A program made the position numbers and the translations under genes. From an uncultured beta proteobacterium (GTDB taxonomy: Bacteria > Pseudomonadota > Gammaproteobacteria > Burkholderiales > SHXO01), in contig CAVPKE010000014.1 of the NCBI GenBank assembly GCA_963705615.1, forward strand, positions 1,871 through 65,870: 64,000 nucleotides of DNA, read 5' to 3'. Position 1 is the stretch's first letter. The number at the start of each line of letters is the position of its first letter. This document shows, piece after piece, positions 54,900 through 64,000 of this stretch. The notes below the pieces were generated by a model. That model had not been told where the DNA came from, did no database searches, and worked only from the letters and a program-made list of their open reading frames with translations.

Positions 54900-56102
54900 A
54901 TGGAGCAGTTCCCGCGCATCGGGCGCCTGCCGCCCTACGTGTTCAACATCACGGCCGAGCTCAAAGCCGCCGCCCGCCAGCGCGGTGAGGATGTCATCGA
55001 CTTCGGCATGGGCAATCCCGATCAGCCTACACCGAAACATATCGTGGACAAGCTGATCGAAACGGCACAGCGCGGCGACACGCATCGGTATTCGGTATCG
55101 AAAGGCATCCGCCGCCTGCGCAAGGCGATCTGCAATTGGTACCTCTGGCGGTACCAAGTGGAGTTCGACTCTGACCGAGAGGCCATCGTCACGATCGGGT
55201 CCAAAGAGGGGATCGCGCACCTGGCGCTGGCGACCCTGTCGTCCGGCGATATTGTCCTAGTGCCCAACCCCAGCTATCCGATCCATATTTACGGGCCCGT
55301 CATTGCCGGTGCCGATATTCGCCATGTGCCAATGCTGCCCGGGGTGGATTTCTTCGATGAGCTCACGAAGGCCATCACAGATTCCTATCCGAAGCCCAAG
55401 ATGCTCATCCTGAATTTCCCGAGCAACCCCACTACCCAATGCGTGGACTTGTCGTTTTTCGAGCGCATTGTGGCGCTGGCGAGGGAACACGGCATCTATG
55501 TTGTACACGACTTCGCCTACGCCGACATTGTGTTCGATGGCTATCGCGCGCCGTCCATCATGCAGGTGCCGGGCGCGAAGGAGGTGGCGGTCGAGTTCTT
55601 CACGTTGTCAAAGAGCTACAACATGGCTGGCTGGCGCGTGGGTTTCATGGTCGGGAACCCGGAGCTCGTGGCGGCGCTGGCGCGCATCAAGAGTTACCAC
55701 GACTACGGCACTTTCACGCCCATCCAGGTGGCTTCGATCGTCGCGCTGGAAGGTCCGCAGGAGTGCGTCGAGCAGACCCGGGTGACCTACCAGAAGCGGC
55801 GCGATGTTCTGTGCGCTGGGCTCAACGGTATCGGCTGGCAGGTTACCGTCCCCCGGGCCACTATGTACGTGTGGGCTCCGATTCCGGAGGCCTATCGCGA
55901 CATGGGCTCGCTCGAGTTTGCCAAGAAGCTTCTGGCCGATGCCAAGGTGGCGGTCTCGCCCGGCATTGGCTTCGGCCAGTACGGGGACGATCACGTGCGG
56001 TTCAGCATGATCGAGAATGAAGCCCGCACGCGGCAAGCGATCCGCGGCATGCGCGACATGTTTCGCCGCGACGGGCTGCTGAAGGTTGCCGCCACGGGTT
56101 GA
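54900..56102 (+). CDS. PLP-dependent aminotransferase, class I (AlaC-like alanine/glutamate-pyruvate type)
   Basis: The 400-aa ORF includes [28 protein letters not shown] and [16 protein letters not shown] (PLP lysine). It lies upstream of hom-thrC. Confidence 0.85.
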   Translation: MEQFPRIGRLPPYVFNITAELKAAARQRGEDVIDFGMGNPDQPTPKHIVDKLIETAQRGDTHRYSVSKGIRRLRKAICNWYLWRYQVEFDSDREAIVTIGSKEGIAHLALATLSSGDIVLVPNPSYPIHIYGPVIAGADIRHVPMLPGVDFFDELTKAITDSYPKPKMLILNFPSNPTTQCVDLSFFERIVALAREHGIYVVHDFAYADIVFDGYRAPSIMQVPGAKEVAVEFFTLSKSYNMAGWRVGFMVGNPELVAALARIKSYHDYGTFTPIQVASIVALEGPQECVEQTRVTYQKRRDVLCAGLNGIGWQVTVPRATMYVWAPIPEAYRDMGSLEFAKKLLADAKVAVSPGIGFGQYGDDHVRFSMIENEARTRQAIRGMRDMFRRDGLLKVAATG

Positions 56103-56145
56103 AACGAGCCCAGCTGCGCCTGGTCCTAATCGGCTTCCCATTCCC

Positions 56146-56586
56146 ATGGAGATCATCCGCGTCACCGACGGCGATCATCGAGTGATCGAGCCAGAGTGGC
56201 TGCGACGCGCCGAAGCGGTGCACCGCCAGCTGCGCCCGAAGCTGCCGGCGGACTATAGCGGCAAGATGCGGGCGATATTCGCAACCGGGGGCGAAATGTG
56301 CATCGCGGTCAGGGAAGGGCAAGTCGTGGGCGTGGCCGTATTTCGCTGGTTCGAGAACACGCATGCCGGGCGCAAGTTCTATGTCGATGACCTCGTTACG
56401 GACGAGGCTGCGCGCTCGAGCGGCGTCGGGCATGCACTGCTGGCCTTCTTGGAGAGACTGGCACGCAGTCGAGGCTGCAGCGGCCTGGAGCTCGATTCGG
56501 GCACCCACCGCCAGCGCGCGCATAAATTCTATTTCCGCGAAGGTTTCGTGATCTCATCCTTCGCGTTCCGCAAAGAGTTCGAATGA
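56146..56586 (+). CDS. GNAT-family N-acetyltransferase
   Basis: The 146-aa ORF includes VVGVAVFRWFENTHAGRKFYVDDLVTDEAARSSGVGHALLAFLERLARSRGCSGLELDSG...AHKFYFREGF. Confidence 0.8.
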   Translation: MEIIRVTDGDHRVIEPEWLRRAEAVHRQLRPKLPADYSGKMRAIFATGGEMCIAVREGQVVGVAVFRWFENTHAGRKFYVDDLVTDEAARSSGVGHALLAFLERLARSRGCSGLELDSGTHRQRAHKFYFREGFVISSFAFRKEFE

Positions 56587-57896
56587 GACCGATCAACGTG
56601 GGCCTACTGGGCATCGGCACGGTAGGCGGGGGCACCTTCGCCGTCCTGCGCCGTAATCAGGAGGAGATCACGCGCCGCGCGGGGCGCGCCATCACGCTCA
56701 AGATCGTCGCCGATAAGGACTTGGAGCGAGCCAAGCGCATCGTGGGCGACGCCGCTGCGGTGACCGCGGACGCGCTGTCCGTGGTCGGCAACGCCGACAT
56801 CGACATCGTGGTCGAATTGATTGGGGGTACCAAGGTTGCGAAGGACCTGATCATGCTAGCGATCGAAAACGGCAAGCACGTGGTCACGGCGAACAAAGCC
56901 CTGCTGGCCGAGCATGGTACCGAGATCTTCTCTGCGGCACAGAGAAAGGGCGTGATGGTGGCTTTCGAGGCCGCGGTGGCGGGCGGCGTCCCGATCATCA
57001 AGGCGCTGCGCGAGGGCCTGACCGCCAACCGGATCGAGTGGATTGCCGGGATCGTCAACGGGACCAGCAACTTCATCCTCTCGGAGATGCGCGACAAAGG
57101 CGCGAGCTTCGAGGAGGCGCTGAAGAAAGCACAGCAGCGCGGTTATGCGGAGGCCGACCCGACCTTCGATATCGAGGGCATCGACGCGGCCCACAAGCTC
57201 ACCATCATGTCCGCCATCTCCTTCGGCATCCCCATGCAGTTCAGCAAAGCGTATACGGAGGGGATCTCCAAGCTGACCAGACAGGACATCCGCTACGCCG
57301 AAGAACTGGGCTATCGCATCAAGCTGCTTGGCATCACCCGCCGCACGCCCAAAGGGATCGAGTTGCGCGTGCATCCAACCCTGATTCCGGCACGGCGCCT
57401 GATCGCCAACGTGGAAGGCGTGATGAATGCCATACTCGTCAAGGGCGATGCGGTGGGTCAGACGTTGTATTACGGCGCCGGCGCGGGAGCCGAGCCGACC
57501 GCCTCCGCAGTGGTGGCAGACTTGGTGGACGTCACGCGCATGCATACCGCGGATCCGGAGAACCGCGTACCCCACCTGGCGTTTCAGCCGGATGCGCTCT
57601 CCGATACACCGATCCTGCCCATGGACGAAGTCGAGACGGCCTACTACCTACGGTTGCGCGTGTTGGATAGGCCCGGGGTGTTGGCCGACATCACGCGCAT
57701 TCTCGCCGACCTTGCTATCTCCATCGACGCGATGGTCCAAAAGGAGCCAGGCGAAGGCGAAGACCAGGTGGACATCATCATGCTCACGCATCTGACGGTG
57801 GAAAAGAACGTCAACGCGGCCATCGCACTCATCGAGAAGTTGCCGGTCAACGTCGGAAAAGTCACCCGCATCCGACTGGAGGAGTTAGCCGCATGA
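56583..57896 (+). CDS. hom: homoserine dehydrogenase
   Basis: The NAD-binding start is INVGLLGIGTVGGG. The catalytic domain contains GIVNGTSNFILSEM...YAEADPTFDIEGIDAAHKL, and a C-terminal ACT domain is present. Confidence 0.93.
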   Translation: MRPINVGLLGIGTVGGGTFAVLRRNQEEITRRAGRAITLKIVADKDLERAKRIVGDAAAVTADALSVVGNADIDIVVELIGGTKVAKDLIMLAIENGKHVVTANKALLAEHGTEIFSAAQRKGVMVAFEAAVAGGVPIIKALREGLTANRIEWIAGIVNGTSNFILSEMRDKGASFEEALKKAQQRGYAEADPTFDIEGIDAAHKLTIMSAISFGIPMQFSKAYTEGISKLTRQDIRYAEELGYRIKLLGITRRTPKGIELRVHPTLIPARRLIANVEGVMNAILVKGDAVGQTLYYGAGAGAEPTASAVVADLVDVTRMHTADPENRVPHLAFQPDALSDTPILPMDEVETAYYLRLRVLDRPGVLADITRILADLAISIDAMVQKEPGEGEDQVDIIMLTHLTVEKNVNAAIALIEKLPVNVGKVTRIRLEELAA

Positions 57897-58137
57897 GCCA
57901 GGGAGCAGGGGCCGGCGCAACGCGGAGCAGGGGCCCCACTCGTGGGGATGCGACCGTGGAGCCGGCCAAGGCGCGTCGCCCGCCGGCCCTCGCGCGTCTG
58001 CGGGGTCACATCCCAGAGGGGGCCCTGTTCCGCCCTCCGACGCGCCCGCTTGCGGGGATGCGACCAAGGCGAATGCGGCCAGGCGCCGACGCTCTGCTCC
58101 AATGCCTGGCGCTGCCCTTAGAAGAGGCGGCCGCATA

Positions 58138-59556
58138 GTGCTCTACGTCAGCACCAGGGGCGGCATGCAGCCCCAACGGTTTTCTCAGGTCCTGCTGGAA
58201 GGGTTGGCGCCCGACGGGGGCTTGGTCGTGCCTCAGAGCTATCCTCAGCTGAGCCATCAGGAGATGTCCCGGTGGCGCGGGCTGCCCTACGCTGCACTTG
58301 CCTTCGAGATTCTGCGTCGATACGCCGATGACATTCCCGACGCCGACCTCCGGGGGCTGATCGACCGTACCTATACCGCGCAGGTGTTTGGCAGCCGCGA
58401 TGTCACGCCGGTCAGGACGCTGCAGCCGGACGTGCACCTGCTGGGTCTTTCCTACGGCCCTACACTCGCTTTCAAGGACCTGGCCATGCAGCTGCTGGGC
58501 AACCTGTTCGAGTACCTACTGGCGAAGACAAGCAGCGAACTGAACATTCTAGGCGCGACTTCAGGGGACACAGGCTCCGCTGCAGAGTACGCGATGCGTG
58601 GCAAACGCGGCTTGCGGGTCTTCATGCTTTCGCCCTACGGCAGGATGAGCCCGTTCCAGACCGCACAGATGTATTCGCTGCTCGATGCCAATATTTTCAA
58701 CATCGGCATCCGCGGCGTGTTCGATGATTGCCAGGACATCGTCAAGGCGGTGAGCCAAGACGCCGAATTCAAGGCGCGCATGCGGATCGGGACCGTCAAC
58801 TCCATCAACTGGGCGCGCGTGGTGGCCCAGGTGGTGTACTACTTCAAGGGGTACCTGGCGGTAGCCAAGGAGGTGGGCCAACCGGTTTCCTTGGCTGTGC
58901 CGTCGGGCAACTTCGGCAACATCTTCGCCGGCCACATCGCCCGGCAGATGGGTCTGCCCATCCGGCGCCTGATCCTGGCTAGCAACGAAAACGACGTACT
59001 GGACGAGTTCTTTCGCACCGGGCGCTACCGTGTGCGCGCTGCGGCCGAGATCAAGCACACCTCCAGCCCATCGATGGACATTTCCAAAGCTTCGAACTTC
59101 GAGCGCTTCATCTACGATCTCACAGGAGAGGACGCGCGAGCGGTGGCTCAACTGTGGCGCAAGGTCGACCACGAAGGGGGCTTTGATCTGGCCGCGACAC
59201 CTTATCAGCAGCGCCTGGCTAGCTTCGGTTTCGAGTCCGGCTCGAGCACTCATGCGGACCGGCTGGAGACGATCCGGCGCGTGTACCGCGACACAGGGAA
59301 CATCATCGACACGCATACCGCAGACGGGGTCAAGGTCGGGCTGGAGCACCGTGAACCTGGCGTCCCGCTTCTTTGCCTGGAGACGGCGTTGCCAGTCAAG
59401 TTTGCCGCCACCATCCGCGAGGCGCTGGGGCGCGATCCCGAGACGCCAGCCGGCTTCGAAGGCCTCGAGAGCAGGCCACAGCGGGTACAAATGATGGACG
59501 CGGACGTGCAGGCCGTGAAGGGCTTCATCGTCCGGCATTGCGGGGCGAGGCCGTGA
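58138..59556 (+). CDS. thrC: threonine synthase (long form)
   Basis: The GTG start gives VLYVSTRGG...FSQVLLEGLAPDGGLVVP. The PLP lysine region is GPTLAFKDLAMQLLG, and the sequence continues ...TSGDTGSAA...SGNFGN. Confidence 0.93.
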   Translation: MLYVSTRGGMQPQRFSQVLLEGLAPDGGLVVPQSYPQLSHQEMSRWRGLPYAALAFEILRRYADDIPDADLRGLIDRTYTAQVFGSRDVTPVRTLQPDVHLLGLSYGPTLAFKDLAMQLLGNLFEYLLAKTSSELNILGATSGDTGSAAEYAMRGKRGLRVFMLSPYGRMSPFQTAQMYSLLDANIFNIGIRGVFDDCQDIVKAVSQDAEFKARMRIGTVNSINWARVVAQVVYYFKGYLAVAKEVGQPVSLAVPSGNFGNIFAGHIARQMGLPIRRLILASNENDVLDEFFRTGRYRVRAAAEIKHTSSPSMDISKASNFERFIYDLTGEDARAVAQLWRKVDHEGGFDLAATPYQQRLASFGFESGSSTHADRLETIRRVYRDTGNIIDTHTADGVKVGLEHREPGVPLLCLETALPVKFAATIREALGRDPETPAGFEGLESRPQRVQMMDADVQAVKGFIVRHCGARP

Positions 59557-60215
59557 TGGCGGCGCCCGGTGGCAGTAGCGGGTTCGACGACGCACGTGAA
59601 TTCTGGGACCAGCGGTACCGGACGCCGGAGTATATCTTTGGCACGGAGCCCAATGTATTCCTGGCTAGCCAGGTCAGTCGGTTCAAGCCCAAGGATCGAG
59701 TACTCGACGTTGGCTGCGGTGAAGGCCGCAACAGCGTCTGGCTTGCGGGGTTGGGCTGCGATGTCACGGGCCTTGACGTCTCGCCGTTCGCACTGGATAA
59801 GGCGAGGAGGTTGGCCGCCGGCCAAGGCGTCGCGGTTCAGTACGTTCAGACCGACATCCGCGATTGGCAATGGGAAACCTCGCGCTTCGATGCGGTGGTC
59901 TGCGTCTTCATCCAGTTCGCCGAGCCCGAGCAGCGTGCGCGGCTATTCGACGGCTTCATGACCACGCTCAAGGCCGGCGGAATGCTGCTGCTGCAGGGTT
60001 ACACGCCCAAGCAAGTGGAGTACAAGACCGGTGGCCCGCCGCGCGCCGATCACATGTACACGGTGGAATTGTTGCGGAGCGCCTTCGCGCGGATGGAGAT
60101 CCTGCACCTGCGAGAGCACGAGGAGATCCTTGCGGAGGGCATCAAGCACGTGGGCCGCTCCGCGCTCATCGACCTGGTAGCGCGCAAGCCGCTCGATCCT
60201 CTCGAAAAGAGCTAG
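59556..60215 (+). CDS. class I SAM-dependent methyltransferase
   Basis: The ATG overlaps the thrC stop. Motif I is [19 protein letters not shown], and the sequence continues ...DVSPFAL. Confidence 0.8.
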   Translation: MAAPGGSSGFDDAREFWDQRYRTPEYIFGTEPNVFLASQVSRFKPKDRVLDVGCGEGRNSVWLAGLGCDVTGLDVSPFALDKARRLAAGQGVAVQYVQTDIRDWQWETSRFDAVVCVFIQFAEPEQRARLFDGFMTTLKAGGMLLLQGYTPKQVEYKTGGPPRADHMYTVELLRSAFARMEILHLREHEEILAEGIKHVGRSALIDLVARKPLDPLEKS

Positions 60216-60887
60216 CTTGCGGCGAGCGCCTGGGGCAGCTCGTCCAGACGCTTCAACGAGCGCTGTGGGGCGTGGCCGAGTTCGTCGGGCTGCGCGCCCG
60301 TGCGGTTGATCCAGAAGGTGCGGAAGCCAAAAGACGTCGCGCCGCTCGCGTCCCAATAGTTGGACGAAACAAAAGCGATTTCTTCCCGTCTTACACCCAG
60401 CTGGTCGACTGCCAGTTGATAGACGCTCGGGTGTGGCTTGAAGATGCGCAGTGGGTCCACGCTGAACACGGCATGGAGCAGCGGTTCGAGGCCGGCTTTG
60501 CGCACCACGGCCTGCAGCATGTCCGGCGAGCCGTTGGACAAGATGGCGAGCTTGCGGCCACGCAGCGATTGCAGCGCGGACGGCACCTCCGCGTAGGGGC
60601 TCAGTTCGCCGGTACTCTTCCATCAGCGACTGGCGAGCCCGATCGTCCAGCGCTAGCTCCAGGCTCCTGCACGAATAGCTCAGTGCGGCCCGCGTAACGG
60701 ACTCGAAGTCCTCGTAGCGGCCCATCAGGCTACGCAGCCAGGTGTACTCGAGTTGCTTGCTGCGCCACAGCCGCGACAGCGACTCCCCGCGCCCCGGGAA
60801 CAGTTGCTCGCAACGCCTGATGACCGAATGCACGTCGAACAGGGTGCCGTAGGCGTCGAACACGACGGCCTCGATCGGCTCAACCAT
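60212..60887 (-). pseudogene. haloacid dehalogenase type II (HAD superfamily), 1 frameshift near 60600
   Basis: [22 protein letters not shown]...[22 protein letters not shown] is in one frame. ...[17 protein letters not shown]...[16 protein letters not shown]...[22 protein letters not shown] is in another. Confidence 0.8.
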
Positions 60888-60894
60888 GGTGCCT

Positions 60895-61579
60895 CTAGGG
60901 GACTCCACCCCGAAGATTCGCAGGCACCGCCTCCGCGATCTTCTTCGGGTGCGGCAGATCCAGATTCCTCATGATCTCGATAAATTGCTCGCGGCTCACG
61001 TTGGCCAGCCGCGGATTGGTTCGCTTCTCCTCGCCGATGGTGCTGACCCATCGGCCATGGTAGTCGTGGCCCGGGTACACGAGCGTGTCGTCGGGCAGGG
61101 TGAACAGTCGCCCCGTGATGCTGTCGTAGAGCGCGCCGGCGTCGCCCAGCTGAAAATCGGTGCGCCCGCAGCCGCCGATGAGCAAGGTGTCTCCGGTCAA
61201 CAGCCGGTCGCGCCAGAGGTAGCAGGTGCTCCCCGGCGTGTGTCCGGGGGTGGCGATGGCGTGGACCACTTCGTCGCCGAATGTGATCCGGTCGCCGTCT
61301 TCGAGCAGCCAATCAAACCCCGAGGCTCCGCAGTGTCGACTGACTGCACTGCGCGCGCCGCTCTGTGCCTGGAGGGCCTTCGCCCCCGTGACGTGATCGG
61401 CGTGGACGTGGGTCTCGAGGATGTAGGCGAGCCGCAGACCCAGCTCGCTCAGCAGCCCGAGGTCGCGCGTTGCCTGCTCCCGCACTGGATCGACGATTAC
61501 GGCCTGGCGGCCTGCACGTGTCTCCGAGGAGATAGGAATAGGTCGACGATTCCGCGTCGAACAGTTGGCGGAATATCAT
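60895..61579 (-). pseudogene. MBL-fold metallo-hydrolase, ETHE1/persulfide-dioxygenase-like, 1 frameshift near 61500
   Basis: MIFRQLFDAESSTYSYLLGD is followed, in another frame, by ...ILETHVHADHVTGA...ATPGHTPGSTCYLW...LLTGDTLLIGGCGRTDF...VYPGHDY. Confidence 0.75.
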
Positions 61580-61595
61580 CGCCGATGCTCTTGGC

Positions 61596-62174
61596 TCACA
61601 GAGGTTGCTTCACCGTTACAGCGCCGCGCACCTGGCCCGCGCTATAACCGGTGGCCTGATCGTGCGGATACTCCGTCCTCAGCCTTTCTCGCACAGCCGC
61701 GGGGATAGTCTCCGCCGTACCGTGACAGGTAAGACAGAGGGGCTGGACCGGTATCGCCTTCATGTAACGATAGTACCGACCTGCGGGCTCCTGCACCACT
61801 TCGCTCACCTCCAGAGTTTCGGCCTTTTCGCCCGCCGCCGCGCGCCTGTCGAACTCCTCCAGAACCCGCTGCTCCCAGGCGTCCGGCGCACCCAACAGAG
61901 GGTTGCGCGTCTTTAGACTGACACGCGAGACGCGCCAGCCCTTTTCGCGTGAAACGCGCCCGGCGAGCTCTGGGGCGATGATCTTGCAAACCGCGACGGC
62001 GGCGTCGGGGCCGCCCTTGGCCAGCTCTGCTCGCAACTGTGCGCCGAGCTGCTGCATGAGCTGTACCGCCGTCTCGCGGCTGCCTTCCAAGAGGGTGTCG
62101 GGATCCTGCGCCGCGGCCATCATCGGGCAGAGGGCGAGTAGAACGACGGTTCCGAACGCAGCGCACCGGATCAC
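61596..62174 (-). CDS. DUF3365 (Tll0287-like) periplasmic protein with a c-type haem-binding motif
   Basis: A signal peptide is followed by GPDAAVAVCKIIAPELAGRVSREKGWRVSRVSLKTRNP...YYRYMKAI and CLTCH (CxxCH). Confidence 0.75.
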   Translation of the reverse strand: MIRCAAFGTVVLLALCPMMAAAQDPDTLLEGSRETAVQLMQQLGAQLRAELAKGGPDAAVAVCKIIAPELAGRVSREKGWRVSRVSLKTRNPLLGAPDAWEQRVLEEFDRRAAAGEKAETLEVSEVVQEPAGRYYRYMKAIPVQPLCLTCHGTAETIPAAVRERLRTEYPHDQATGYSAGQVRGAVTVKQPL

Positions 62175-62268
62175 GAGGGTCTCCGCTGGAGTCTGATGTT
62201 CGATAGTCTACCCGGCGGTCGGGAACCTCGGTTAAGCGGTGCCGCCAGCCGGTGGGCTTGGCAAGTCG

Positions 62269-62295
62269 TTGAAATGCCCCTTCGAGCCCCAATTT
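62269..62295 (+). promoter_or_regulatory. candidate sigma32 (RpoH) heat-shock promoter of clpB
   Basis: TTGAAA (62269-62274), a 12-nt spacer, then CCCCAATTT (62287-62295). The spacing matches E. coli groE (TTGAAG-12-CCCCATTT). It lies 37 nt upstream of the clpB ATG. Confidence 0.55.
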
Positions 62296-62331
62296 AGCTC
62301 GGAAGCTCAGGGTTTCACGGGAGGACACATC

Positions 62332-64000
62332 ATGCGCTTCGACAAGTTCACGACCAAGTTCCAGCAGGCCTTCGCCGACGCCCAGAGTCTGGCGGTCGGT
62401 AACGACAATCCCTATATCGAGCCGCAGCACCTCCTGGGGGCGTTGATCGACCAGCAAGATGGCGGCACGTCCTCGATCCTGGCTAAAGCCGGGGTCAACG
62501 TTCCGGCGCTACGCGAAGCGCTGCGGTCCAGCATCGCCCGCCTGCCGAAAGTGGAAGGCCATGGCGGCGAAGTCAACGTCTCCCGCGAGCTGTCCAATTT
62601 GCTCAATCTCACCGACAAGGAAGCCCAGAAGCGAGGCGACCAATTCATTGCGTCCGAACTGTTCCTGCTGGCCTTGACTGTGGACAAGGGCGAGACCGGG
62701 CGCCTGTTCAAGCAACACGGTGCCAACCGCGAGCATCTGGAGCGCGCCATCGAGGCTGTGCGCGGGGGCGAGTCGGTTTCCAACCCGGAGGCCGAAGGGC
62801 AGCGTGAAGCGCTCGGCAAGTACACCCTGGACCTAACCGAACGCGCGCGCCAGGGCAAGCTCGATCCGGTCATCGGTCGCGACAACGAGATCCGCCGTAC
62901 TATCCAGATCCTGCAGCGCCGGACCAAGAACAACCCGGTGCTGATCGGCGAACCGGGCGTGGGCAAGACCGCCATTGTCGAGGGGCTGGCCCAGCGCATC
63001 GTCGACGGTGAGATCCCCGATACGCTCAAGGATAAGCGTCTGCTGGTATTGGACATGGCGCTGTTGCTGGCCGGCGCCAAATACCGTGGCGAATTCGAAG
63101 AGCGGCTCAAGTCCGTGCTCAAGGAGATCTCCCAGGATGAGGGCCGCACGCTCGTCTTCATCGACGAAATCCACACTATGGTGGGGGCGGGCAAGGCGGA
63201 GGGTGCGATCGACGCCGGCAACATGCTCAAGCCGGCGCTGGCCCGCGGAGAGCTGCACTGCATCGGGGCCACCACCCTGGACGAATACCGCAAGTACATC
63301 GAGAAGGACGCAGCACTCGAGCGGCGCTTCCAGAAGGTTCTAGTGGACGAACCCAACGTCGAGGACACGATTGCCATCTTGCGCGGCCTCAAGGAGAAGT
63401 ACGAGGTCCATCATGGCGTGGAGATTACCGACCCAGCAATCGTGGCCGCGGCGGAGCTGTCCCACCGCTACATCACCGACCGGTTCCTGCCGGACAAGGC
63501 GATTGACTTGATCGACGAGGCGGCCGCTCGCATCAAGATGGAGATCGACTCCAAGCCCGAGGAGTTGGACAAGCTCGAGCGCCGCCTGATCCAGCTGAAG
63601 ATCGAGCGGGAGGCGGTGAAGAAGGAGAAGGACGAGGCGTCGCGCAGGCGTTTGGCGCTGCTGGAAGAGGAGATCGCAAAGCTGGAGCGCGAGTTCGCCG
63701 ACCTGGAAGAGATCTGGAAGGCCGAAAAGGCCCAGGTCCAGGGTGCTCAGCACATCAAGGAAGAGCTCGACAAGATCAAGGTCGAGATGGAGGCAGCCAA
63801 GCGCAAGGGCGACTGGCAGCGGGTGGCCGAGTTGCAGTACGGCCGCATCCCGCAGCTGGAGTCCCAGCTCAAGAAGGCCGAGACTGCAGAGAGCTCACAG
63901 CAGAAGCACAAGCTGGTCCGGACGCAGGTTGGGGCCGAAGAAATTGCCGAGGTCGTGTCGCGCGCCACTGGCATCCCGGTTTCCAAGATGTTGCAGGGCG
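62332..64000 (+). CDS. clpB: ATP-dependent chaperone ClpB (3' end outside window)
   Basis: The start is [35 protein letters not shown]... NBD1 Walker A is [15 protein letters not shown] and Walker B is [10 protein letters not shown] coiled-coil middle domain follows. The frame is open to the window edge. Confidence 0.95.
   Translation, partial: MRFDKFTTKFQQAFADAQSLAVGNDNPYIEPQHLLGALIDQQDGGTSSILAKAGVNVPALREALRSSIARLPKVEGHGGEVNVSRELSNLLNLTDKEAQKRGDQFIASELFLLALTVDKGETGRLFKQHGANREHLERAIEAVRGGESVSNPEAEGQREALGKYTLDLTERARQGKLDPVIGRDNEIRRTIQILQRRTKNNPVLIGEPGVGKTAIVEGLAQRIVDGEIPDTLKDKRLLVLDMALLLAGAKYRGEFEERLKSVLKEISQDEGRTLVFIDEIHTMVGAGKAEGAIDAGNMLKPALARGELHCIGATTLDEYRKYIEKDAALERRFQKVLVDEPNVEDTIAILRGLKEKYEVHHGVEITDPAIVAAAELSHRYITDRFLPDKAIDLIDEAAARIKMEIDSKPEELDKLERRLIQLKIEREAVKKEKDEASRRRLALLEEEIAKLEREFADLEEIWKAEKAQVQGAQHIKEELDKIKVEMEAAKRKGDWQRVAELQYGRIPQLESQLKKAETAESSQQKHKLVRTQVGAEEIAEVVSRATGIPVSKMLQG

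Noticed and set aside
57893-58138. An 81-aa ORF between hom and thrC.
   Set aside because: It is Arg/Ala/Pro/Gly-rich with no motifs or RBS, and it lies entirely within a repetitive G+C-rich spacer. It is typical of a spurious high-G+C ORF.

Overview
This window is 64 kb of a high-G+C proteobacterial chromosome. The gene order is core housekeeping: tRNA-Val/thrS/infC/rpmI/rplT/pheS/pheT/ihfA/MerR/tRNA-Pro; surE/pcm/nlpD/rpoS; lysS/prfB...recJ/lolC/lolD; aminotransferase/hom/thrC; phaR/phasin/phaB/phaC; and rluD divergent from bamD. This order is typical of Betaproteobacteria and neighbouring Gammaproteobacteria. I cannot assign a genus without a database search. I annotate about 60 protein genes, 2 tRNAs, 1 intact IS, 1 IS remnant, and a few promoters, terminators and repeats. 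The only clearly accessory stretch is 1.9-5.3 kb, between katG and a DinG-family helicase gene. It holds an IS3-family remnant, a low-G+C ferritin-like gene, about 435 bp of hairpin-rich non-coding DNA, an intact IS1595-family element with perfect 21-bp inverted repeats, and an intact integron-type integrase with no recognisable attI/attC array. The second striking property is that many housekeeping genes, including the normally essential thrS and lysS, are broken by frameshifts. The breaks are strongly clustered (5.3-23.6 kb, 37.9-38.7 kb, 60.2-61.6 kb), while about 35 kb in between is clean. Features typed 'pseudogene' are disrupted as given and may be assembly errors rather than real decay. 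I found no CRISPR array, rRNA, prophage, or recognisable defence or toxin system, and no convincing evidence for a wholly new multi-gene system. The least explained objects are the non-coding segment 2759-3193 and an orphan 155-aa protein carrying a chemoreceptor-tip motif (36499-36966).
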